A stretch of DNA of 64,000 nucleotides. Source: Macrostomum lignano (lineage: Eukaryota). Position numbers and translations under genes: made by a program. Of this stretch, positions 13,916 to 24,543 are shown piece by piece (the stretch's first letter is position 1; each line of letters opens with the position of its first letter). Where the stretch lies: NCBI GenBank assembly GCA_002269645.1, contig NIVC01002722.1, positions 62,001-126,000 on the forward strand, in the 5' to 3' direction. Below the pieces are notes generated by a model. The model saw nothing but the letters and a program-made list of their open reading frames with translations. It did not search any database and was not told the origin of the DNA.

Positions 13916-13950
13916 TAAGAGCAGAAGTTCAGTTCAATTAGTTCAAAGCA

Positions 13951-16900
13951 TCAGCTCACAAACCGCTTCTCAAAGCTGTCAGGCCCAGTAATACTGTAAT
14001 CCCATTGCCTGAAATCAACTAATCTCAGTTTTCTTTCCAGCCTCACATCGTCGTAGATAAGCCTCATCACGACAGGCAACCTTTGGCAGCCAGCCAAATC
14101 GGCCAATTGATCATTATAATCCCATTGATCATCGCCCAGCAAATGCAAATGCCTTGCAGGCACACCGCTAGCCAGCTTCTCAGCTTCATCTCTCAGACTA
14201 GTCGATTCAGCATCGTCAGGCAGTTTTAGCTGGCCAAGCAGAATTGCTTCAATGAGTTTGGATTGCAGATGAAACTGCGGGAATGGCACCACATGAGTGC
14301 ACAGGCCTACGAAGAACAGACCCTGCAGAGTGCAGTGGGCCACCTGCATGTACAGGTTGGGCACGTGACTTGGCCTGGTCAGCTCGCTGGCTAGAAATGG
14401 AAAATTATAATCGTAACCTGTGCAGAACATCACGTGATCGACTTGCACTTTTCCAATTGCTGATGAAGAATCATCAGTCGATACGAAAATATGAAATTGA
14501 TTGTTATTAGCGTCAAAGTTGACACTATCCATGGCGTACAACTCTGTAAGGTTCTTTGGAAGCGCTGACTGTAATCTGGGACCACGGTGGCACAGGTAGA
14601 CGTGTTCGGCCGATGAGGTCAGTTCAAGGGCGATGTCCTGGCCGCTGGAGGCCGCACCAAGGAGTGCCACAACTTTGTCCTGACGGGTTGAGGGAATTTT
14701 GGTTTGGATTGTACTTTTGTAGAACTTTCGGGGAACTATGTAATGTTAGAGCAATTCTCAGGGTGGATTAGTGGCGATTCTTGCGATGGATTAATGGCGA
14801 TTCTTATGGTGCTCTAATGGCGATTCTTGTGGGGGATTACTGGTGATTCTTAGGGTGGATTAATGGCAATTCTTGTGGGGGATTATTGGCGATTCTTGTG
14901 GTGGATTAATGGCGATTTTTGTGGTGGATTAATGACGATTCTCACGGTGGATTAATTGATCGCAATTCTTGTGAGGGATTATTGGCGATTCTTAGGGTGG
15001 ATTGAGGGAGACTCAATTATGGTGGATTATTGTTTTTTATCGATTTTTATTTATGTTGGATTAATAGCGATTCCTCTGGTGGATTAAGGACAATTCTTGT
15101 GGGGGGGGTCATTGGCGATTCTTAGGATGGATTAATGGCAATTCTTGTGAGGGGTGTCATTGGCGATTCTTAGGGTGGATTAATGGCAATTCTTGTGAGG
15201 GATAATTGGCGATTTTTTAGGGTGGATTGAGGGAGACTCAATTATGGTGGATTATTGGCGATTCTTTGGTGGATTAATGGCAATTCTTGTGGAGGGGTGT
15301 CATTGGCGATTCTTAGGGTGGATTAATGGCAATTCTTGTGGAGGGGTGTCATTGGCGATTCTTAGGGTGGATTAATGGCAATTCTTGTGGAGGGGTGTCA
15401 TTGGCGATTCTTAGGGTGGATTAATGGCAATTCTTGTGGAGGGGTGTCATTGGCGATTCTTAGGGTGGATTAATGGCAATTCTTGTGGAGGGTGTCATTG
15501 GCGATTCTTAGGGTGGATTAATGGCAATTCTTGTGGAGGGGTGTCATTGGCGATTCTTAGGGTGGATTAATGGCAATTCTTGTGGAGGGGTGTCATTGGC
15601 GATTCTTAGGGTGGATTAATGGCAATTCTTGTGGAGGGGTGTCATTGGCGATTCTTAGGGTGGATTAATGGCAATTCTTGTGGAGGGGGGTCATTGGCGA
15701 TTCTTAGGGTGGATTAATGGCAATTCTTGTGGAGGGGTGTCATTGGCGATTCTTAGGGTGGATTAATGGCAATTCTTGTGGAGGGGTGTCATTGGCGATT
15801 CTTAGGGTGGATTAATGGCAATTCTTGTGGAGGGGGGTCATTGGCGATTCTTAGGGTGGATTAATGGCAATTCTTGTGGAGGGGTGTCATTGGCGATTCT
15901 TAGGGTGGATTAATGGCAATTCTTGTGGAGGGGGTCATTGGCGATTCTTAGGGTGGATTAATGGCAATTCTTGTGGAGGGGTGTCATTGGCGATTCTTAG
16001 GGTGGATTAATGGCAATTCTTGTGGAGGGGTGTCATTGGCGATTCTTAGGGTGGATTAATGGCAATTCTTGTGGAGGGGGGTCATTGGCGATTCTTAGGG
16101 TGGATTAATGGCAATTCTTGTGGAGGGGTGTCATTGGCGATTCTTAGGGTGGATTAATGGCAATTCTTGTGGTTGATTAATAACGATTTTTATGGAGCAT
16201 TAATGGCGATTCTTGTGGTGGATTAATGGCGATTCTTATTTATGTTGGATTAATAGCGATTCCTCGCTAAGGAAAAATTCTTGTGGTGGATTAAGGGCGA
16301 TTCTTTGAGTGGATTCATGGCGATTCTTAGGGTGGATAATTGGCGATTCTTAGAGTGGATTAAGGATAATTCTTGTGGAGGATTAATGGCGATTTTGTGG
16401 TAGGAGAAGGGCGAGTCTTATTGAGGCTCAAGGCTAAAATCTAAGCAAAACGGCTAAGCAGTGTAATCAAAAAGAGAATCAAAACTTCAGCTTTAAAACC
16501 CACCTTAAAATCTTCAGCCCTTCGATAAGTGCAGCTATGACTGACCAACCCAGAAGGCACATTCTCAATACCTGGCAGCCGGGGCAACATGGGTTTAGCA
16601 TAGTGACCATTCGCTAGAACCACTGCATCAAATGTCCGAGGACCACTGCGACTGGTCTGTACTATCCAAGACCTACTGCCGGTGTCAGTTGGTGAAGTGT
16701 CATCGATGGATGCACTTTGACTAACCGAAAGTACTTCGTGGCCGAATAGAATGTGCTTATATAGGCCCTGAAACAGAGGAATGAGGGGAATACAGGTCTT
16801 CTACTGAAATATTAACTGGCTTTGTACTTTACAGCAGGAGTTTCCTTCACTCAACACATCTCATATCGATTCTCGTCATCTCATATCGATTCTTTTTTTA

Positions 16901-17468
16901 TCTCATATTGATTCTCGTTCTCTCATATCGATTCTCATCCTCCCATAAAGTTTGTCAGACTCCCATACCAATTCTCATCCTCTCATAACGATTCTCATCC
17001 TCTCATATTATTTCTCATCCTCCGATATCTATTCTCATCCTCTCATATATCGATTCTCATCCTCTCACATGTCATATCAATTCTCATCTTGTGCTATCAT
17101 TTCTTATCATGTCCTGCTGTTTCTCACGCAGCCCTCACCTGGTCATAGCAATAAGACCTCAAATACTCGAGCACGCTATCATGATCCACAAAGCTGACAC
17201 CGGCTGGTCGGCGCCACTCCCAGTCAGGATAGGCCATGATCTCCTTAGGCAGGTTAGTCCTCAACCGACAGTACATGGGACCTCCGTTCCGGTCTGAGCT
17301 GTAGTTCCACACGCCACCAACGAAATCTGAACTCCGCTCAAACACGGTCACCAAGCAGCTGCGTCTCAGAGTGGCCGCAACGGCCAGGCCTGCAGCGCCA
17401 GCGCCAACCACCGCCACAGACTTTTTCGCCTTAGCAACCGCTTGACAACCGCTGACTGATTGCGCCAT
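13951..17468 (-). CDS. Flavin-containing monooxygenase (class B FMO, short soluble type); complement(join(13951..14679,16504..16767,17139..17468)), ~440 aa
   Basis: FAD motif VAVVGAGAAG, GGVW, MYCRLRTNLPKEIM, FDAVVLANGHY, NADPH motif GAASSG, FCTGY. Two phase-0 GT-AG introns. Confidence 0.93.
14750..16400. repeat. FMO intron 2 minisatellite: homogeneous 49-bp dimeric unit core, degenerate ~23-bp flanks
   Basis: GGCGATTCTTAGGGTGGATTAAT + GGCAATTCTTGTGGAGGGGTGTCATT repeated. Confidence 0.95.
16855..17105. repeat. FMO intron 1 degenerate ~21-23-bp minisatellite (ATATCGATTCTCATCCTCTC)
   Basis: Tandem units read directly. Confidence 0.85.
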
Positions 17469-17679
17469 TAAAGAATGGAGAAGACAGCTCAGTTGTCTGC
17501 AAATGTTTTAGCTTGTAATTTTATAAGTTTATGTCATCATTTCTCTAAAATGTACTTCTTTACGACCACCATTCTACTCTTAAACACGACATCTAAAGTC
17601 TTCTTCTTGAGTTGATTCAACTTTAGATTTAATATAATCCATCATCAAAACTAGTCCTCTCAAATAGATCCTCTTCATA

Positions 17680-19060
17680 TTACATCTACTCTACCTCATT
17701 ACATCTGTTCTCGCGAATTAGATCTACTCTACTCCCATTTGATCCATTATCCTAAAAATGGTTTTCTATTCTTTAGAACTATATCTACTCTCCCCCATTA
17801 TATCTATTCTCCAGAATTATATCTACTCTACCCCATTATATCTATTCTCCAGAGTTATATCTACTCTCCCCCATTAGATCTATTCTCCAGAATTATATCT
17901 ACTTTACCCCATTAGATCTATTCTCCAGAATTATATCTACTCTGCCCCATTAGATCTATTCTCCAAAATTATATCTACTCTACCCCATTAGATCTGTTCT
18001 CCTGAATTATATCTACTCTGCCCAATTAGATCTATTCTCCAAAATTATATCTACTCTACCCCATTAGATCTATTCTCCAGAATTATATCTACTCTACCCT
18101 ATTAGATCCATTCTCCAGAATTAGATCTACTCTACCCATTAGATCTATTCTCCTGAATTATATCTACTCTGCCCTATTAGATCTATTCTCCAGAATTAGA
18201 TCTACTCTACCCCATTAGATCTGTTCTCCTGAATTATATCTACTCTCCCCCATTAGATCTATTCTCAAAAATTATATCTACTCTACCCCACTAGATCTAT
18301 TCTCCAAAATTATATCTACTCTCCCCATTAGATCTATTCTCCAAAATTATATCTACTCTAATCCATTAGATCTATTCTCCAAAATTATATCTACTCTCCC
18401 CCATTAGATCTATTCTCCAAAATTAGATCTACTCTACCCCATTAGATCTGTTCTCCTGAATTATATCTACTCTGCCCTATTAGATCTATTCTCCAGAATT
18501 AGATCTACTCTACCCCATTAGATCTGTTCTCCTGAATTATATCTACTCTCCCCCATTAGATCTATTCTCAAAAATTATATCTACTCTACCCCACTAGATC
18601 TATTCTCCAAAATTATATCTACTCTCCCCATTAGATCTATTCTCCAAAATTATATCTACTCTCTCCCATTAGATCTATTCTCCAAAATTATATCTACTCT
18701 GCCCCATTAGATCTATTCTCCAAAATTATATCTACTCTCCCCCATTAGATCTATTCTCCTGAATTAGATCTACTCTACCCCATTAGATCTGTTCTCCTGA
18801 ATTATATCTACTCTGCCCTATTAGATCTATTCTCCCGAATTAGATCTACTCTACCCCATTAGATCTGTTCTCCTGAATTATATCTACTCTCCCCCATTAG
18901 ATCTATTCTCAAAAATTATATCTACTCTACCCCATTAGATCTATTCTCCAAAAATAGATCTACTCTACCCCATTAGATCTATTCTCCAAAAATAGATCTA
19001 CTCTCCCCCATTAGTTCTATTCTCCCAAACTGGATCCACTCCACCTCCACTCCATTAAAT
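17680..19060. repeat. 38-bp minisatellite (ATTAGATCTATTCTCCAGAATTATATCTACTCTACCCC) between QTGAL and FMO
   Basis: Tandem units read directly; internal 19+19 substructure. Confidence 0.95.
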
Positions 19061-19438
19061 TAGATCGATTCTCCAGAGTCCACTAATTCATCTACTCTCA
19101 ACCTTTAGACATAGATCTAGTCTCCACAACTAGAATTTAGTCTCAATACGACTAAATCGCCGCCTCACTTTAAGTGTAAAACAAATAAAAGAGGTAAAAA
19201 ACGCAAAACTAGTTTTTCAGTACCGTACAGAACCTGTGCATTCTCTGTGGAGGATGGCTCATCGACTGCAATAAGACGCTTTTATTTTGATAAATTTAAA
19301 ACTTGCTATTATTAAATACTTGTTGTCTTTACAATAAAATAAAAACCTTACCAAGCACTTTGGCCAAGTCTACAGTAATTACAAGCATAAAGAGAAAAAC
19401 AGCTACATAAAATGCTACACCTACTACTTCTACTATAC

Positions 19439-22016
19439 TTAGCTAAACCAGTAGTAGTCAACGCCTTCAGTGAGTCCAAGAGAGTCTAAATTGGATTCCA
19501 GCTGACCTCCGGTGAGGTCCAACTTCGCGCAGATGATTAACGGCGGCTTAACTGTCGAGAAATGAACGATTGGAATGCGGGGCTTCGGCCGCTGCTGCAG
19601 TGGGTGGAGGCGGGCGGTGGAATTCAGGGAGAGTTCAAGGAGTGGCCTGAATGTTCAGTCTGAGGAGCAACTGAGGATCTGGGAGGCTGGTGGCCCAGCA
19701 ACTGAGGATCTGGGAGGCTGGTGGCTCAGCAACTGAGGATCTGGGAGGATGGTGGCCCAGCAACTGAGGATCTGGGAGGCTGGTGGCCCAGCAACTGAGG
19801 ATCTGGGAGGCTGGTGGCCCAGCAACTGAGGATCTGGGGGGCCGGTGGCCCAGCAACTGAGGATGTGGCAGAAGCACTCACTGAGCTCTCCTCAAAGGTG
19901 TAAAACCCAAGCTGAATCTTCTTAGGATCCACATCGCAGAAGGCCGCCACTTTCCGTCGAAGGTCGGGCGGCAGTGCTCGGTAGAACCTGCGGCCCTGCT
20001 TGCCCGCATTCCACACACTGAAGCTGGGCCACCCTGGCAACACCCTGGCAACAAGCCGATCCATGCGCAGACGGAATATTGCACTCCTGTAGTTGCGCGC
20101 GAAAAGCGCAGTGGTTAAGGGCGATTTTTACAGTGGCTCAGGGGCGATTCTCAGTGTGGTTCAGGGGCGATTCTCAGTGTGGTTCAGGGCGATTCTAAGT
20201 GTGGTTCAGGGGCGATTCTCAGTGTGGTTCAGGGGCGATTCTCAGTGTGGTTCAGGGGCGATTCTCAGTGTGGTTCAGGGGCGATTCTCAGTGTGGTTCA
20301 GGGGCGATTCTCAGTGTGGTTCAGGGCGATTCTAAGTGTGGTTCAGGGGCGATTCTCAGTGTGGTTCAGGGGCGATTTTCAGCGGTTCAGGGGCGATTCT
20401 CAGTGTGGTTCAGGGCGATTCTAAGTGTGGTTCAGGGGCGATTCTCAGTGTGGTTCAGGGCGATTCTCAGTGTGGTTCAGGGGCGATTCTCAGTGTGGTT
20501 TAGGTGTGATTCTCAGGGTGGTTTAGGTGCGATTCTCAGTGTGGTTTAGGGGCGATTCTCAGTGTGGTTCAGGGGCGATTCTCAGGGTGGCTTAGAGGCG
20601 ATTCTCAGGGTGGTTTAGGTGCGATTCTCAGGGTGGTTTAGGGGCGATTCTCAGGGTCATTTAGGGGCGATTCTCAGGGTCATTTAGGGGCGATTTTCAG
20701 GGTGGTTTAGAGGCGATTCTCAGTGTTGTTATCAATGCTGCACAATCAGAGCTCACTCGTGCACGGAGAATGTGGTGGCAGCTGGTTGGTATCTGTACAT
20801 GAGCAGATCGGCGTCAACTCTTGCCACACCACCGCCGCAGTCAAGATGCTTAAAGAAAAACTCCAAATCCTCCGGAAAGCCCCTGGCTGTAGACTGATTG
20901 AAGCCTCCCACACGATCAAATACCGATCGATGCATGAACCAAGTTGGCATGATCACGGTGGGTCCGTGAGAAGTGTACACCTGAGTCACCAGCTGCACAG
21001 GAGTCAGCTGATTGGCCCAGGCTGTGAATCGCGCTGTGGAACCGTCAGGCTTACGGTGAAACTGACTGCCGACAATCTTAGTGAATATTTTGGGGGGGGG
21101 CAATAAACGATTTTATAACATTTAAATTATCAATTAATATTTGAGCGACAAAAATAATTAATAACTATTGTTCTCTTTATACTGTACTAACAGTAGAAAT
21201 ATAAAACATTCTGGTAAAAAATACTAATATTGAATTTTAAATAACTACTCTACTTACAGTAGAAATATGGGAAAAATACGCTAAATAACAATACAAATAT
21301 TTATAGGATACTAGACAGGTCACACCCTTAGCTAATGACAGTATGTAAAAAAGAAAAGTAAAATAACTTCAGTAGACAGTAGCTCACAGCATGTTTGTTT
21401 TTCAGTGACACTGCTAGAGAAAGTTGTTCAGCAATCCGGTCAGGCAGCATGACATCATCCTGAAGATATTTACACAGATTATAAAATATCTTTATGTTTT
21501 ACACACAAAATACTTAAAATTCTGTAACACAAAGACCCACTTACAGCATCTAAAAAGCAGAGATATTCTCCAGAAGACTGAGCTACAGCACAATTTTTGG
21601 CATATCCACAGCCTCTTGCTTCACCATTGTGTCCAGATATGACAAAATTGTACACTTTTTGTGAAAATTCTTGTTTTAAATTGTTCAAGATGTTGGCGCT
21701 GCTATCCTAGTTTGTTTGTTAAAAAATTACATTGACAATAGATTAAATTATAAATTATATAATTACATATATATTATAAGATGTAATGACATAAAAAAAC
21801 TTACAGAACTAGCATCATTGTAGACAGAAATCTCTAAATTGCCAGAAAAGTTTTGATTGACAGTGGATTGAATGGCTTCACTAAGCCATGATTCAGCATT
21901 GTGAACTGGTATGATAACAGACTACAATGGATTAAAATTAATCTAATAAAACAATGTACTTTAGTATTATAAATATTAAATATTAACAATGCAAAGAATC
22001 TTACCACAAGGGCCAT
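19439..22016 (-). CDS. B3GNTL1: Queuosine-tRNA galactosyltransferase (QTGAL/B3GNTL1 orthologue, GT2); complement(join(19439..19594,19882..20086,20757..21076,21388..21459,21545..21706,21805..21921,22005..22016)), ~347 aa
   Basis: [94 protein letters not shown] match my recollection of human B3GNTL1. Six GT-AG introns with consistent phases. Confidence 0.92.
19665..19865. repeat. 31-bp minisatellite (GCAACTGAGGATCTGGGAGGCTGGTGGCCCA), QTGAL intron 6
   Basis: About 6 units read directly. Confidence 0.95.
20130..20725. repeat. 23-bp minisatellite (GGGGCGATTCTCAGTGTGGTTCA), QTGAL intron 5
   Basis: Tandem units read directly. Confidence 0.95.
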
Positions 22017-23021
22017 TTAAAGAAACTTAATAATTTTTCTATACTAGCATAATGTATAAAATAAGCTTCTCTGAAAAAGAATAGAGATAAAATTATTTTT
22101 ACTTTAGTTTCATAATGTTAATAGCATGTTATCTGGTTGTGCTTTAAAGTTGACACTAGTAATGCGTCTTCAATGATATATAAAAAATCAGTTCTTAGAT
22201 AGACTTGTATAAACATCTACCAATTGTTTTGCCCTAATGTCAGTTTAAAAAGCCTTTTTTAAGCTAGCCATCTCACATTAATTGCTAGACTGGATTTTGT
22301 TTTTATGCTATAGAAATAAAGCAAGCCAATAGCCAATGACAATACAACTTTGGCCATAATACCATTAGAAAATCTGTATTTATTATATATACCCAATATT
22401 TTATTGATTAATCTGAGGAGGAGAAGGCACTAATAAAGGTTAAGGCTGATTTGAAGCTCAAACAAGGATGCTTCTCCTTGCCTAGAATTTATGTTTAATT
22501 ATATTATTTTGGCAACTGTTGTTTGTCTAGTGACTAGACAAATAGCAATGTGGTTATTCATCTAGTTATGGGATACATAGCCATTTCACTATTCATTCAG
22601 TTGTTATAGGCCTACTGGACAAATAGCTATTTTTTATTATATAAGTTAGTGAATATTTTTGGATTTTAAAGGTTTCTTACTTGTATCTTGATTAATATAT
22701 TGTTTTATTAGTATATATCTAGTCTACACTTAGGCCCTAGTCTGACTGTTTCCTGTCTTGTATAGCTTATACCCTTTTATAAGGCAAAGCGCATGGAGAA
22801 TAACAAGGTGTAAGAAGGTATAAAAATCAAACTGAATAATGAGAAGTTTTAATAATCATGCAGTCAATATGCAAGTAAAACTTTTAAGTGAGTTAATCAT
22901 ATATATATACATAGTTATAGGTATCCTAGGCTTACTAAGTAAAACAAAAGATTATTTAAGGTAGGAAAAAACTCTTAAAAATCTAGAATATAAATCACTT
23001 AATAAATACTTTAAAATAAAA

Positions 23022-23372
23022 TAGAGGTCGGACGGGATCCGGATCCCAATCCCAAAATCTCGGGATCCCGAGACTCGAGATTCGGGAACAGGTCTTTCGA
23101 TTAATAATTTATAGAATTAGTGATTACTTGAAGGTATTTTGCTTTATCTTGTACTCGTTACATTATTTACTTTGTTGGTTACAAAACTTCATATCAATTT
23201 CGTTGTGTTTTACTTCTTGATCTTGACAATCTTTTCTCAATTTTGTTTAACTTTACATGGAAAATACACTAAAAGACCTGATCCTGATTCCTGAATCCCA
23301 ATCCCGATCCTGAGAAAAAAATTATTCCCGATCCCAATCCCGCCCGAAGATTTCAATCCCGTCCGACCTCTA
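23022..23372. mobile_element. hAT-type MITE (351 bp)
   Basis: 17-bp perfect TIR TAGAGGTCGGACGGGAT; perfect 8-bp TSD AAATAAAA (23014-21 and 23373-80); subterminal GATCCC repeats. Confidence 0.85.
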
Positions 23373-23852
23373 AAATAAAACACTTGTATATAGCAATTTA
23401 AGTAGACAAATAACAAATGGCTATTTGTCCAGTAACTAGACAAATAACCATGTTGCTATTTTTCTGGTCACAGGACAAATAACTGCTTATTATTTTTCTT
23501 GACTATTTAAGACAAAAATAAATATGAGAAAATATTTTGAAAATACAAGTAGTAAAACAAAAAGTTTTTCTTAGATTTTCACTCATTTAAAATGCATTAA
23601 AGTTTCATAATTTTTGGGTAAAAAAGAGGCTTAGGCCTATCTCATATATTTAAAATCTTGACTAAAAGTTTCATTGTTTTTTACCTTTTTAGTATTTTAA
23701 CCAATTAGCTATATTGCACTTGTTTAGACCTATAAGTATGGACCTAATCAATATTAGAGACACGGCCACCATTTCTACAAGTTTTTTGGATGTAGACACG
23801 GCCGCCGTGTCTTTAAGTGTGGCGAAATAAAAACCCAGCCAGATGGCCTTTC

Positions 23853-23964
23853 GGCTATCCTGTAGTTTCGCACGTTAAATTATTTTACGGAATTATTTCG
23901 CCCTCTATTCAAGGGTGGTGGGGGGTGGGGGTTATAATTAAACGTGCGAAACTACAGGATAGCC
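23853..23964. mobile_element. 112-bp MITE, GG-terminal with 8-bp TSD (Merlin-like)
   Basis: 24-bp perfect TIR GGCTATCCTGTAGTTTCGCACGTT; TSD GGCCTTTC at 23845-52 and 23965-72. Confidence 0.8.
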
Positions 23965-24543
23965 GGCCTTTCTTTATTAAAAAACTTGAACTAATTTCTC
24001 TACATCTCTACAAACAAACTCTACAAACAATCTCTACAAACAACAAGCTTTTAAAAACTTAAAAGTAAATAAAGTTTGACTAGACCCATAGTCGGACAAA
24101 AATATTAGAATTCAAGGTTTTGTATAACCTCAAAGTAATTACTTAAGAGATATATATCAACAACGTAAAGAAAAAAACACATTAAAAAGAAGGTGTCCTG
24201 GAATTTTACAAATTTAAAAACCATTTACCGTTGTTTAGTAGTAAAACAAAGTCAATATTTTATACTTCAACTAAATAATATAAGTAGAAATTGCAGCTAA
24301 ACAAACATATTAAAAACTTTGTCAAATTATAATTTATAAAAGATATTCTGCTTAAGACTTGCAAAAGAGAGTTATTTATAATTCAAATTACATAATTTCA
24401 TCAATATATATACTTGCGACGACCACGACTACATATAAAAGTTGCAGTTGTAGTCAAATAGTTTAGGTTTATTTTCATTACTCTCATTCGCAAGGCTACG
24501 TTTTCGATTTTTAGCTTTTCATTTCAATAGTTTTTTAGCCTAA

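Larger units (their letters stand above)
22017..24543. promoter_or_regulatory. Putative bidirectional promoter region QTGAL <- -> FLOT2
   Basis: Head-to-head ATGs at 22016 (-) and 24544 (+). TSSs not identifiable from sequence. Confidence 0.5.

Noticed and set aside
14750-19060. Regular repeat arrays superficially like CRISPR
   Set aside because: No unique spacers, no cas genes, and a eukaryotic intronic or intergenic context.
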